IMG/VR virus record: IMGVR_UViG_3300028805_000070
Coordinates: 69,083-133,082 of that record
DNA length: 64,000 nucleotides
Reading direction: 5' to 3' (one strand)
DNA from: a virus
Taxonomy: Duplodnaviria > Caudoviricetes
Shown here: positions 11,531-24,113 of the stretch, piece by piece
Layout of the letters: every line of letters begins with the position of its first letter
How positions within the stretch are numbered: the stretch's first letter is position 1
The notes under the pieces: generated by a model
What the model saw: the letters and a program-made list of their open reading frames with translations, nothing else
The model's database searches: none
What the model was told of the DNA's origin: nothing
Program-made: the position numbers and the translations under genes

Positions 11531-12430
11531 TTACTCCCATTCATACTTCTTAGCATCAGAATTAGAACCACTGCCACCCTGGTTCTTAGTGCGAGACCGA
11601 GCATCAATCTGCATCTGCTCAATCATAGCCTTACGCTGATTGAATGCCTTTTTAATTTCAACTGGATCGTAGCTGAAATCTTCATCCTTTGCGGTGTCTT
11701 CGCCACCAGTAATAACTAGTTCGCGCACATAGGTGGTCGTAGTATCAGGGAGGTCTTCACCCCAACTACCGGTACCACCACCGGTACTTACTTCGTGCGA
11801 AGTAACACGAACACGACCCTTAACAAGCTGAGTTGTATTAGGTTCCCAATTACGGGAAACAAATTCTACCTTATCAGGAGCTTCTACAACAAAGTCTAGA
11901 ACATCGAGCTTGCCGCCATACTGTACGATACCACCCCGGACAATTAGACGACCAGTTGGATCGCCTTCCTTATCCACTTCATCGTGCATATCCATAATAA
12001 AGATTTCAGTTGTAAATGATGCAATATCACTTAGCTTCGCGGAAGAGATGAAAGAACCGCGAATCTGGAATCCATTGATGAGATTACCGCTACGAGAGAC
12101 AAAATTATTTTCAGAAAGCACACCGCTCGTAATACGCACTTGATCAGCGGCGTCAATACCGACATTCTGTGCGGTCTTTAGGTCTCGAAGTTCTATTAGA
12201 GATTTATAAGCTGGATTCTGCTTCCCTGTGCTAGTATAAGGAGTTGCAAAGAAACCAATTGGAATCTCGCTCATTTCCTCTTTCCCATCTACGGGCTGAT
12301 TAACACGAATAGTGACGGTCGCACGCTTATATTCGCGCCCATCGGAAAGCTTTCCCTCACCAAAATCTACATTCATTAGCTTACCAACTAGATTCATCTT
12401 ATTTGTTGCCTGTACATTAATATCTTTCAT
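11531..12430 (-). CDS. Putative single-stranded DNA-binding protein
   Basis: Beta-rich OB-like segments, low-complexity tail ending YEWE, next to the Sak4-like ATPase. Confidence 0.55.
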   Translation of the reverse strand: MKDINVQATNKMNLVGKLMNVDFGEGKLSDGREYKRATVTIRVNQPVDGKEEMSEIPIGFFATPYTSTGKQNPAYKSLIELRDLKTAQNVGIDAADQVRITSGVLSENNFVSRSGNLINGFQIRGSFISSAKLSDIASFTTEIFIMDMHDEVDKEGDPTGRLIVRGGIVQYGGKLDVLDFVVEAPDKVEFVSRNWEPNTTQLVKGRVRVTSHEVSTGGGTGSWGEDLPDTTTTYVRELVITGGEDTAKDEDFSYDPVEIKKAFNQRKAMIEQMQIDARSRTKNQGGSGSNSDAKKYEWE

Positions 12431-12463
12431 TTTACTTTCTCCTTTTTATTTTATTTCTTACTA

Positions 12464-12847
12464 TTAAGCTTCTTTTGCGGCTTCCTTAGCGGCTTGCTTA
12501 GCGGCTTTCTTAGCAGCCCTTTCAGCGGCACGAGCAGCCTTCGCGGCTTCATCCTTCGCGGCCTTCTTGGCTTCCTCAGCAACTGGATCATAAGCCAAAC
12601 CAGCCTCAGTTAGGGTATGATATAGTACCTTATGAGTCTTCGCCTTACGAGTTTCAGTCGCAGGTTCATCTTCCACTACTTCTTCACGAGTAGTAACTGC
12701 ATACTTCTTCTTAATTAGGGCATTAACAGAACCAGTTACCGCTGGAATTGTAATATCCAGAGCGTCACTAATCTGAGCCTTTGTTAGTTCTTCACCATAA
12801 TGTTCCTTTAGATAATTCAATACACGTTCACTATTAACTGTCGCCAT
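12464..12847 (-). CDS. Winged-HTH protein with Ala/Lys-rich tail
   Basis: LTKAQISDALDITIPAVTGSVNALIKK HTH; histone-like C-terminus. Confidence 0.6.
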   Translation of the reverse strand: MATVNSERVLNYLKEHYGEELTKAQISDALDITIPAVTGSVNALIKKKYAVTTREEVVEDEPATETRKAKTHKVLYHTLTEAGLAYDPVAEEAKKAAKDEAAKAARAAERAAKKAAKQAAKEAAKEA

Positions 12848-12926
12848 TTTTCATTTCTCCTTTTTATTCGGGTTTTTCCCTTTTCTATACATATATTATA
12901 ATATAAATTTGACTAAAAGTCAAATA

Positions 12927-13310
12927 TTATTCGTCCTTAATAATAAACTCTTCATCGGCGATTCGCATTGCCTCTTCATCAGATTCAGCTTTCAGAATCT
13001 TATCTAGCTTTGGCATCAGGTCAGTCTGATAGCCTGCAATAGCCTTTTTAAGCGCATCCATGCGGCTTTGCAGTGTTCCAAGTGTTACATAACATCCCAC
13101 CAGTAACTTGGCGAAATCTCCCTTGGTAAGGGTACCATCAAAGTTCGTAGTAATTTTTTCGTGTAGGGCTTCAAAATCATCACGCATTGATTGCGCTGTT
13201 TCTACTCCCTTATCATCGCCTTTTTCGCGATCATACTCCATTACCTGCTCAGCTGATACAGCTGTAGCACGAGTTAGTTCTTTAAACAGTTCAAGATATT
13301 TCTTATCCAT
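12927..13310 (-). CDS. hypothetical helical protein
   Basis: ORF track; overlaps the topoisomerase A stop. Confidence 0.65.
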   Translation of the reverse strand: MDKKYLELFKELTRATAVSAEQVMEYDREKGDDKGVETAQSMRDDFEALHEKITTNFDGTLTKGDFAKLLVGCYVTLGTLQSRMDALKKAIAGYQTDLMPKLDKILKAESDEEAMRIADEEFIIKDE

Positions 13311-16300
13311 TCTTTACTCCTTTTACTGCGCGTCCAGTATTTTTATATTCAGAATCTCCTACCCACTTAGCTTCTTTTACATATCCATCTGTATCTAGTT
13401 TAATAGCTTTCACGCCCTTGGTAAGGCGCCCAGTGTAACTTAGTTCGGAAAGAGGATAACAATTATAGTAATCATTATTTCCAATAACTACTACTCTATC
13501 ATCATCATCATCGCTACTTAGGATTACTGATATGAGTGAATCGCCTTCTTCCAGTTTAATTGCGGCCGTACCCTTCTTTGTACGAGTTAAATATTCTGCA
13601 ATATGACTTTTCTTGATAAAGCCGTGTTTAGTTACACAAGTAGCTGATTGGAACGCATTAAAAGTACGAGAATCAATTAGAAGAAGTGGTGTTTCTGCGC
13701 CAATTGGGAATATATCTGCAAGCTTTGTATCCTTATCATACTTAATTTTACTAAGCGATTCACTATACATTTTCCCGCCAGAGGTAAATAGAATCAAAGA
13801 GCCAAGATTAGTTGTATATAACGCTTCTCCACGTTTTCCTCTACTTACTTCCTTCTTAATTACCTTAATGGAACTTCCATTTTTAAAAACGATTACATCT
13901 TCCTCTTTGATTTCCTCAGGCTCTTCCTCATCGCCCAAAATATTCTCAATCTTGGTTCTACGAGCGTCGCCAAATTTTTGAGATACTAGATTTAGTATTT
14001 CAATTAATTTTTCATCTAAAGCGGTAGGTTCATTTAATAGGTGGTTACACGACCCAATAAATCTAGTAATTTCTGCCAGTTCTTCATTTATTTTAATACC
14101 GTCTAATCGGCACAAGCGCGATAGCTTCATATCTAGAATTGCATCAACCTGAGGTTCATTGAATTGATATTTAGCTATCAGAGCTTTCTTAGCTTCTGCT
14201 GGACTATCACTACCTTTAATGATAGCAACCACATTATCAATATCAGCAAGCGCAATTAGTAATCCATTCAGGATATTTTCGCGCGCGAGTGCTTTATCCA
14301 AATCAAATTGAATCATATTATGCTTGCACTGTCTAATGTGTGCAATATAAGCATCACATGCTTCGCGCCATCCAAATACTTTCGGGAAACGCCCACGGTC
14401 TAGCAAAATCATATTGATAGAATAATGATTTTCTAGCGAAGTATCATGATAAAGTTTAGCAATCATCTTATCAGGGTTTTGTCCCTTAGAAAGATAGATA
14501 CGAATATCTGCTTCCTTCTTGGTATGGTCTATAACTTTATCAATACCATATTCTGGATTATCATTAACCAAAGCCGCAAGCTGGTCCATTACTGTATTGG
14601 TAAACACACCATATGGAAGTTCGATAGCTTGAAGCATATTTTCCTTAGGCACGAACTTAATATTTGCGCGCAAACGAATAGATTTTCCTTTACCTACTCT
14701 TAGACTTTCTTTGACTTCCGCGGCATTAGTAATAGTACCGCCAGTTGCGAAATCAGGTGCACAATAAATATCATCATATGTGACTTCTGGATTCTGAATA
14801 ATCTTAATAAGGGCATTATTTACTTCTTTAAGATTAAACTGTGGTACAGAAGTAGCCATAGCAACTGCGATACCTTGACAGCCATTTACAATATTCCAAT
14901 ATCCGATTGAAGGAAATACGGATGGAATCTGCTCAGTACTATCATAGTTATCATACCATTCTGTAATAGCATTTTTCTTAAGGCCATCAAACATAAAGTC
15001 TGCAACTTCACCCGCTTTCATTTCAACATAACGGGCGGCCGCATGACTATCTGGAGATGACGGGTTGCCGTAGCTGCCTTGTACATCTTCGAGTGGGTAG
15101 CGACTTGACCAAGGCCGTGCCGCACGTATGAGCGCGTCATACATTGCTACATCCAAATGTTATTATCGTTTAGCTTTTTATCTAAACCTCTGGAGATTTC
15201 TCTCATTTTCATCAACTAGTCTTTTCTAGTTCAGTTTAGCATATCTTTTCACGTTATTACGCGTCGCGGCCTCGTGGAGAGATTATATCTTTTCACTCTC
15301 TATGCGTTGCCCCTGACTATACTATGTATAGCCTTCGGTTCGGATTAGCAGTTAAGCTTTCCCGCTTAATTCCGCGATTTAGTCACGGCAATATTGCATA
15401 TATAAATTATATTTTCGGTCCAGATAGATATGACTATCATCATATAATAAATGTAATATATCTTGTGAAATATTCTTTCCGCCAACAGCAAACTTATAAA
15501 TTATCCCATGTGGATGAATATATTTCTCAAAATAGTTTTCCCAGTGTAGTTGTTGTCCCAAAAAATTTCTTACATAAGTTAATATTTCTTGAGATCCAAC
15601 TAATCCTACACCATATTGTGTGCTACGAATATATCCATCTCCATCTAATAATCCGCGAATATACGCAATTTCCAATGCAGTTGAAGAACATTGATAAGGA
15701 ATTTCTTTACCGCTTTTTCCTTGAAACAGTCTATATTGTTTCAAATTGTTAATTAACTGTCTTCCGCAGATGGTAACAGAGTAAACGATGTTATCTTGCG
15801 TATATGCCCCACCCGTATGCTGTTTAATTACCTATGGGATTTCTTCTTCAGTAAATTGCATATATCGTAAAAACTTTTTTAAATGTTCTAAATCAATTTC
15901 TCCTAAATTGATATTTAGCCATCCATTAGTTTCATTGATATATCCATCCGCTGTAATAAATCCTAACCAATATGCATCTTCTTCTGTTTCAATCTTGGAA
16001 AAAGCATTCTAATTATTACTATATTTATAATGCGGTTTATATTCTTCTCCTAAAATATTTAACCAATTTTTAAATGTTCTACTTATTGTAGTAGAATTAA
16101 ACATTCTTTGTAATTCTAAATATTTAATATGAGGATGACTTAAATAATAATCAATCATTGCCAATTCATTATCATCAAAGCCATAACAGTAACCATCATC
16201 TTTAAATATAGTATAATAATCAATTTCTGGCATAGTTTTACTTACCGCATTTCTATCTACGCCAAACATTTTAGATATCTAAGTAATACTTTGTTCTGGA

Positions 16301-16666
16301 TGCTCAACTGCATATTTTGCTGCATTTAGAATATTTTGTGATTTCTTTTTCATATTCATCGCCTCCACTATTATAGTGGGTTAGATGAACAAAATATATA
16401 ACATTTTCTTCCGAAAAAAATAATTTTTTGTCATCTTACCTACCGTGAACGTAGCTCTGGCTCATTGCCGCGGCTACGCTTTTTTGAGCCTTCTGGAATT
16501 TATCTTTATGAGTAAGTTTATTTGTAAATTGAGCGTACAATCCTTGACGCAATCCTATCTTTAAAAAGTCTCGTACATCCGGTAATGCCCTTTCTTGAGC
16601 AATACTACTACCGTACTTTAGAAATGCATCTTCAATTGTTTGCTGAAAATCTACTTGCTTAATCAT
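13303..16666 (-). CDS. gyrA: Type IIA topoisomerase subunit A (GyrA/ParC family), two exons: 16666-16442 and 15153-13303
   Basis: Exon 1 ERALPDVRD...YVHG joins exon 2 DVAMYDAL to rebuild the HGD motif; catalytic AAARYVE; beta-pinwheel repeats. Confidence 0.9.
15154..16441 (-). mobile_element. Group I intron in topoisomerase subunit A
   Basis: 5' exon ends in U (CACGGU), intron ends in G (ACAUUUG|GAU), removal restores the frame; structured core about 15155-15378; internal LAGLIDADG ORF. Confidence 0.85.
15379..16359 (-). CDS. Intron-encoded double-motif LAGLIDADG endonuclease with N-terminal HTH (3 in-frame TAG)
   Basis: SD GGAGG + ATG 16359; AYWLGFITADG and AYIRGLLDGDG in one frame interrupted only by TAG. 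Confidence 0.85.
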
Positions 16667-16704
16667 TTCCTCACTCCTTTCTTTTTATTTATTATAACAT
16701 AAAT

Positions 16705-17556
16705 TTAAATATCAGTCAAATATTCATCAAGATTTTTATAATTATATGGAATTTCAATCAATCTTAGATTATGAGCCTTGCAGTAATTTCTTTTAAGCGT
16801 ATCATGTATTTTTTGAATTTTAAATTGCTCTTCACCGCCAAAAAAATCTACAGGCTGATAATGCTGTATTCCTTGAAATTCAATTAAAACAGGTTTATTC
16901 AAAATTTTAAAATCAAAGCGTAGATAACCATCATTGATACCTTTTAAATCTTCAAAAGTATCTTCAATATTAAATTTTATATTATGTTCAAGCAACCATT
17001 TTTCAACTGCCTGCTCTCCTAAAGAGCGTTGGCCTTTATTAATTTCTGCTATATTTTTAGCAATAATACTGGCATTTGTATAAGTATTATCTATATTGTG
17101 CGGTAAACTATCTAAACGAGAGGATTTAATTTTCCCTGTTTTAATATTAATAACTTTATAATAAGTATGACCATGTGCTATATCTGTAGTATAATCAACT
17201 GCATTTATAAACCAGTCACCACGAATTTCCCCAATATGCTTACCAGTAAGATTATTTAGATTAATTTCTTCTGCGGTTCGTTTTTGATATTTCCAAGTAT
17301 CTTTTGTGTATCCTTCAGGGCGCCTACTTTTTCTCCCGCATTCAGGACATCTACATGTACGACCACTACGAATACGATCAATACGCCCATCATATAAAAT
17401 ACCACTATTACAAGCGGTACAAGCATATTTTATACTTGGGCGGCGTGTTCCAGATGGATCAATAATAATAAATGGTTCACTTTCAATTCGTATAAGCGTA
17501 CCAGGATAAATTTCTCCAATAATAAAATCACTATAATCTCCACGTTTATGTGCCAT
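16705..17556 (-). CDS. Free-standing putative endonuclease (PD-(D/E)XK/Vsr-like C-terminus, Zn motifs)
   Basis: SLGE..., LRFDF, IEFQGIQHY, HD..KR.YC..HNLRLIEIPY; lies between the two topoisomerase genes. Confidence 0.7.
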   Translation of the reverse strand: MAHKRGDYSDFIIGEIYPGTLIRIESEPFIIIDPSGTRRPSIKYACTACNSGILYDGRIDRIRSGRTCRCPECGRKSRRPEGYTKDTWKYQKRTAEEINLNNLTGKHIGEIRGDWFINAVDYTTDIAHGHTYYKVINIKTGKIKSSRLDSLPHNIDNTYTNASIIAKNIAEINKGQRSLGEQAVEKWLLEHNIKFNIEDTFEDLKGINDGYLRFDFKILNKPVLIEFQGIQHYQPVDFFGGEEQFKIQKIHDTLKRNYCKAHNLRLIEIPYNYKNLDEYLTDI

Positions 17557-17568
17557 TTATATTCTCCT

Positions 17569-19434
17569 TTAATTATTCAAAATATTAAAATCCACATTAT
17601 CAAACAAGAAATCCCGGCGTCCCTCAACTTCCGTACCCATCAGCATTTGTAGCGATTCAGCCGCAGCTTCGGCATCACTTATAGTTAGAATTTCCAAACG
17701 CCGATTTGTCGGGTGCAACATTGAACCTTCCATATCCTCTGATGTGCACTCCCCGAGGCCCTTAAAACGGGATTGCTCCCACCCAGACCGAGTTTTTCTT
17801 AACTCAGCAAGCTCATCCTCATCATAAGCATAAACGTGCTGATTTCCTTTGCTCAATCTATAAAGGGGCGCGCGCAGCCATCCAAGTCGTCCTTCCTCAA
17901 TGAATTTTGGCATTAGGACATAGAAGAGCGTAGTGATAAGACACATAATATTGTAGCCGTCTACGTCAGCATCGACTGCAATTGCGACTTTTCCATAGTT
18001 AAGTTTCTTACTATTATATCGGTCCTGAATGCCGCACCCAAGTGCCATGATGATATCAGATACTTCCTGATTTGCCAAACATTCATCAAGCGGATGCTTC
18101 ATTAGGTTCTTAACCTTTCCGCGTACTGCGTACAATGCTTCAGTTTTTACATCGCGCGCAGGCATTAGGCCACCTAATGCAGAATTACCTTCGCATATGA
18201 TAAGCATTGAATCCTGACCGTGCTTTTCACAATCCTTAAATTTATCAGAGGAAGTAACCTTACGCTTGCGCTGTTCGGTTTCTTTTTTCTCCATATTAAG
18301 GATTGCATTACGAGCTTTTTCCGCGGCGGCATCAGCGCGGGCTTCCTTAGTTAAAAGCCCAACGATTTTATCAAAATCTTCTCTATTCTTAGATGCCCAG
18401 TCTTTGATAGCTTCCGTAAACACGGTCTGCGTATAACCGCGCAATTCCTGATTTTGAATCTTATCCTTAACCTGATTCTGATAAACAGGATGTGGGTGCT
18501 TAATATTGATAATAGTAACAAGCCCTTTACGAATCATATCGCCATCGAATGATTCTTTTGACAAGTCATTTATAGTACGAGTAAAAGCTGTTTTCATCCC
18601 GCTCACAGGCGTACCACCGCCACTATTCAAAGCACCATTAGAAAATACGTAGCACTTTTCACGCCCAGCAGTCCACTGCGCGAAAACTTCAATATCAATA
18701 TCTCCATCAAAAGTCTTGGCGCTATAAATATATTGTTTATGAAGCGGCTTGGTAATATTGTTTGCGGCAAAATCTTTTAATCCATTCTTAGATAGAAATT
18801 TCTCTTCTTTTCCATCCGCTCTATATATAAAAGTAACATTGGGAATAAAGTAACTAGTTAATTGTAGTTCTTTCCTAATGCGCTCTTTATCAAATGAAGG
18901 AGTATCTTCACTTAAATGGAATATGGTCTTATCAGGCTTAAAATACACTGTCGTACCTGTTTCTTTTGTAGCTCGTATTCTGTTCGCAGTAGAAGATTGT
19001 GGTATGCCGTCTTTGAATACAATGTTCCATTCTGCTCCGTCTCTACGTGTCCAGACTTCAAAGATTTCCGAGCAAACGCACACTGTACTTGACCCAATAC
19101 CGTGCATACCACGAACTCTTTTATAGTTAGTCGAATCAAATTTGCCAGAAGAATGAGCAGAAGTATATATTTCGATGAGTACTTCTTCTGTATCTTTATT
19201 TTTTCCATGTGGCACTCCCGCACCTTTATCGGTGACTTTAATGTCATTATCATTAACTTCTACTGTGATTTCATTGCCGCGGCCCATAATCGCTTCATCA
19301 CAGGCATTATTTAGTATTTCCAAGAAGCAGTTAAACATCGCATCTTGTCCGTCTGCTCCAATATACATACCGGGAGTTGATCTCGCCGCAGTACGAAAAT
19401 CCCGTACCTGTATTGAGTCTGCATTATATGCCAT
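17569..19434 (-). CDS. gyrB: Type IIA topoisomerase subunit B (GyrB/ParE family)
   Basis: PGMYIG, EILNNACDE, HSSGKF, GMHGIG, EGNSA, RGKVKN, DADVDG, RFKGLGE; start at MAYNADS chosen from SD and promoter. Confidence 0.93.
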   Translation of the reverse strand: MAYNADSIQVRDFRTAARSTPGMYIGADGQDAMFNCFLEILNNACDEAIMGRGNEITVEVNDNDIKVTDKGAGVPHGKNKDTEEVLIEIYTSAHSSGKFDSTNYKRVRGMHGIGSSTVCVCSEIFEVWTRRDGAEWNIVFKDGIPQSSTANRIRATKETGTTVYFKPDKTIFHLSEDTPSFDKERIRKELQLTSYFIPNVTFIYRADGKEEKFLSKNGLKDFAANNITKPLHKQYIYSAKTFDGDIDIEVFAQWTAGREKCYVFSNGALNSGGGTPVSGMKTAFTRTINDLSKESFDGDMIRKGLVTIINIKHPHPVYQNQVKDKIQNQELRGYTQTVFTEAIKDWASKNREDFDKIVGLLTKEARADAAAEKARNAILNMEKKETEQRKRKVTSSDKFKDCEKHGQDSMLIICEGNSALGGLMPARDVKTEALYAVRGKVKNLMKHPLDECLANQEVSDIIMALGCGIQDRYNSKKLNYGKVAIAVDADVDGYNIMCLITTLFYVLMPKFIEEGRLGWLRAPLYRLSKGNQHVYAYDEDELAELRKTRSGWEQSRFKGLGECTSEDMEGSMLHPTNRRLEILTISDAEAAAESLQMLMGTEVEGRRDFLFDNVDFNILNN

Positions 19435-20045
19435 TTTCTCACCTCTTTCTTTCTTACAATATATTATATCATAATTTAAAAAAGAAGTCAATTATTTAAT
19501 TGACTTCTTATTCGTTAGACCAGTTAGGAAAAATTGATTTTAATTCTTTTTGTAAATGTTTTATTTTATCATTTTGTAACTGTAAGATATGAGTGGCTAA
19601 ACTTTCTGGCAAAACAATTTCAGTAATTTCAGCATCGGGCTTAACGATTACTGGAATACCGCGAAATTGTCCAACATATCCTTCTTCCATATTATTACTC
19701 CAAATCTATATAATCAAAATCTGGCTTATCATAGGGCCAATTTCCTTGCGTCCAAGTTTTCTTAGACACCTTAATCCAATGAGGGTCTAAAGCCGCATTT
19801 GGACCAATATCTTGCATTGTAGCAACCGGCATATCTTGCGGCCATTTTTGTAATTCTTCAATTAGCTCTTTTACTAGCATATGGAATCTCCAATTTTTCA
19901 CTACATTTAATCCTTATTGGGGTGGCTCGCCAATCTGTAGTAGTACCAATTTTAACTTCATACTGCTTAAGAGTTTCAGTATATTTACATACTGTTCTAT
20001 GCACACAAGTATAACAATATTTAGCGACTTGTACTGTTTCTTCCA

Positions 20046-20495
20046 TTATGTCAACACCGTCCTACATTTATTATGATTTTCTTCCGTCGGATGTTCCAAT
20101 ATCCATCTTAGCGCGCTAGTAAGATTGCCTTGTCCCTTAGGGATATTAATGAAACTGGTACAGCCGCAGTACGTCATTAGAGAAGTTGGTTCTTCTGTAA
20201 TTTGAATAATATGTACTGGCTTACCAATTGCGTAAGCATATCCGTTCTCCCAGTTTACTCCAGCAGTACTTTTGCGCCCTTCGCTAATCATAATAATGGC
20301 TTCACACGCATTTATTGCGGCAATATCAGCTTCAAAGACGAGACGTGCCCAATCTTCCTGACTATAATCCCAGGCATTCTCAATTTTCAGTTCCCAAGGA
20401 CAGTAAATTTCGGCGCCCTTTTCGCGCAGGTATTTAGCAATTTGAGTCATAAAAGTACGATGTTCTGTATCACATGGCCCAGCAAGATAAAACAT
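20046..20495 (-). CDS. Nucleoside 2-deoxyribosyltransferase-like protein
   Basis: FYLAGP, FEADIAAI, STAGVNWENGYAYAIGKPV. Confidence 0.8.
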   Translation of the reverse strand: MFYLAGPCDTEHRTFMTQIAKYLREKGAEIYCPWELKIENAWDYSQEDWARLVFEADIAAINACEAIIMISEGRKSTAGVNWENGYAYAIGKPVHIIQITEEPTSLMTYCGCTSFINIPKGQGNLTSALRWILEHPTEENHNKCRTVLT

Positions 20496-21071
20496 TTTAT
20501 TCCTCCCATTTTACATCCACAGAGCACTTATAGCCATCTGGTAAGCAATTTTCCGCGCGACTATCAAGTTTATGAATGCGGTCATTATAGGCGCCATTAT
20601 ACTCATAGTATCCTTTTACGTTGGTAATACCTTCTGCTTCGTATTCTTCGGGGTGTATCGTTTCCTCCCAAGTATAAGTCACCGATACTTTAAGCTTTAG
20701 TGGCATTATTTTCCTCGTTTCTACTAAAAATTTCAGATATACATTCATTTAAAAGGTAGCATCTAATGGTAGAATCCATATAACGCGCAGGCTCTTCATA
20801 AAGAGTAGGCGGCAAGTCACTTAAGTTCATGCCCCACTCAGATAGTGCTTCAAAGAATAGTTTTAGATTATGGCATATATATTCTTCACATTTTTCTTCA
20901 GTATCATAGTAATTGAAGCCATTACCAGTTACTTCATCCTTATCCCATAGCTCCTCGGTTAAGTAGTCAATATAACCGTCTCGTGACATCCCTTCTTCGG
21001 GCTGCAAATCATTGGCCCACACGTAATCCTTAATATCTTGAATTAATGCTTTTCGATAGTCATAATACATA

Positions 21072-21353
21072 TTATAACCTCCATTTCAGTTCTTCTAACG
21101 GTCTCGCACATCCACGGCAACTTGGCCGTACTACCGTTTGAAATAGCTCATTGTCTATTTCTTCATCATAAAAACATAAGTCAAATCTATAACCGCGCAC
21201 TCTATGGTGTGTTATAATTACAAGCTATAATAAGTCAGAAATAAATTCTGTGAAGCCTTTCGTGCGGCGATGCAGTGCTGCTTTACGGCACATTAATTCT
21301 GTAATCTCAGCTACCTAAGCTTCATCCTTACATATAATGCCAATACGAAACAT
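21072..21353 (-). CDS. hypothetical protein (2 in-frame TAG)
   Basis: 93-aa frame from ATG to TAA fills the gap between neighbours only if TAG is read. Confidence 0.7.
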
Positions 21354-23940
21354 ATTATTCCTCCGTCGCTACGCTATAACCACATAGAGTAAGTCCAAAG
21401 TCTTTCTTAAAATATTCCGCCATAGTGTCATCTAGCTTATTTACAAATAGCGGCTTAGAGTTATCATAGTTGCCATAGAGCAAGTCGGCCCAATCTACAA
21501 TATCAAGTGAGTCGAATCCATATGCTTGTGCCTTTGCAATCAGAGCACGCTTATTTGTAGTAAGTAGGATTCCATCGGCGTCAAGTACCGCATCCATAAG
21601 TTCTTTTGTCTTACCAGTTCCAACTGGCCGCGCAATTACTTTCATTCATTTTCAATCTCCTTTACCTGAACTACATCAGAATATTCAAAACGCTTGGTAA
21701 CATCATAACGTTCAATGAATTCTTTTGTAGATATATTATCTATTTTTATAATATACTCATCGTGGCTATATTCAGTATTATCAAGTATAAACATAAACGT
21801 AAAGCCGACAACAAGCATAATTAATCCAATTATGAATATAATAATTCCAGCATAATCTGTATCTTTTATTATTGCCACACCTATAATAAATAAACTTAAA
21901 CCAATTAGCGCTATTATTACTGGCCAAATTGGAGATGTATATATTGGAATAGTTTCAAGAATTTCCATTAATGCCTCCTTATACCACAATTCGGGCACCA
22001 AAGTTCATTTTCGGGGTCATAGAGAATGCTGATTACCTTACATTCCGGGCATTTATATGCCATTACTTCATCAGTGATAATGGTTGGCGCGGTGTCAATA
22101 ACTGCTTGCGCGCGGTCCATTACCGCTTTTGCAAAATTAAACACTTCTTCTGAGTCGGGCATTCCCATTTCATAAATCAAATCCCATAGCATTTCATCGC
22201 GGTCGAGGGATGGTGCATTGAGGTCGCAGTCATCACGATATATAAGTTCGCGCATTTTCATTTCGCCGCCTTACTTCTATTTTTTCTAAAAATGTATTTA
22301 TATACTTTCCATAATTTGTCAAACACTTTATGCAAGCACACTACGGAAAATATCAAAATATAACCTGGTAAAAGTAATAATGATATTGCAACAATAGCTA
22401 TCGTTAATCCAGCAGAATTAAGTCGGTCTTTATTGTTTTCATAAAATATCGACACATACCAAAAAGCTGTTTTAAAAGATAGTTTATCATCACAAGATGC
22501 AATCATGATTTGTAAAAAACCGCCTACAAAACTACCCAATGTAAGCCAAAAAGCTAAAATCCACATTAATAGATTATTCACTCCACTTCACTGCCTTTCC
22601 GCAATAGTAGCAAAAGTTGATTTTCCCATATACCGCTCTATTTGGAAGCACTTTCTCACAGTTCCCACAGTGTGGGAGATAATCTTCATATTTTTCTTTA
22701 TTATAAATTGGCTCAATGGCTTTCTGCTCTTTTAGCAGAGCGATAACCATAGCGAGGTCATTTGCAATTTTCGTAGTTTCTGCTGACTCTTGTTCTTTGT
22801 CGTATGTTAGAAGATCGTAATCCTCCTGCAAGTCTCCGATAAGCGTTTCTATATCTTTCATTGTCATTCTGCTCTCCATCGCGCGTGAGAACATTTGTTC
22901 AGATTGTTCCCATTTTATTCCAGTTTACCTTTCTTATAAGGATAATTCTTTTTTAATTCATCACCGCACCAAGGGCAATATTTAATAGGAAGAGAAACTT
23001 CGATACTTTGATTTCCACTATAACAGCCGTCTAAATGGACAATAAGATTATTGAAGAAATCTATAAAGGCTTCACCCTCATATCCAACATTTACATCCTG
23101 TCCTTCGCGTATCTTTTGCGCGGCTTGGGTGAATTTGCGGCAATAATCACACATTTTTATCTCTCCTTTATGTCGCTGGCATCATAATGCTTTGCAAAAT
23201 GTCCTGATCGCCATATTCCATCAGTCTGAGTTTCTCTTCAAGTCCGTTGATTCTTCGCTCTTGATTTTTCAAAAGGGCAAGAGCCTCTCCCGCTAACACA
23301 TTCGTACATGACTGCCAAACAGTATAAGCATTCATGACGTTCCGCTCTTTGTAAGGGCACTCGTTACATTTATTCTTCTCGGGTTGAACATTCTGGCGGC
23401 TCCACTTACAACATTCTAGTCCCTTAATAACTTTTTCTTTATCAGTCATTTTATCTCCTATTCTTATGAAAGACGTCCGCATTATGCCATCTACTCATAT
23501 ACTTCCTATATCGCACCTTGCGATAAGACTTTCTGAAAGGAACCACAGCACCCGTACTGTTTATAGTGTACAAAATCGTTCTACTCATTTTCATCTCCCC
23601 TTTCATAAGTATATTATACTATAAATTTGAGATAGTGTCAAATATTAATTTTCATACTACCATTCAATATCTTCAATGTTAATTTCATCATAACCTTCGC
23701 GTGCGAGCGTCATACCAAGCTGGACTGCTTCAAGCCATTCATATGCGCTTACAAGGTCACGATGGATACAGGCATCTTCTGGACAGTCCCATAGATTGGA
23801 AACGCTGTATTTAATGCGCGAGTCCTCGTCACTCCAAACGCGCTGATAATCTGGGGTATCACCATCTACGAAACGGGTTGCTACTTTTACATTTAGTGTT
23901 TTCATTTTATTCCTCCTTGCGCCAAGGCGCGTTTTTATTT

Positions 23941-24113
23941 TTTATAGTATTTATATTTATTTATAGTATTTATATTTCTCTATTCAATTTGACTATACCC
24001 CTATAGTCAATTTGACTTAAACTCTATGTCAATTTGACTATACCCCTCTATTCAATTTGACTATAGGTTCAAGTCAAATTGACATAGAATTTTTTCTCCT
24101 ATGTCAAATTGAC
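23941..24113. repeat. Iteron-like array, putative replication origin
   Basis: Six copies of near-palindromic (G)TCAA(T/A)TTGAC at 23983, 24006, 24028, 24051, 24073 and 24103, plus a duplicated AT-rich TTTATAGTATTTATATTT. Confidence 0.7.

Larger units (their letters stand above)
19508..23905 (-). other. Block of about 14 short tightly packed hypothetical ORFs (several Zn-ribbon or membrane proteins)
   Basis: Co-oriented ORFs with SD sites and overlapping start/stop codons. Confidence 0.65.

Noticed and set aside
23941-24113. CRISPR array
   Set aside because: Repeats are about 11 bp with 11-12 bp semi-conserved spacers and there are no cas genes; iterons fit better
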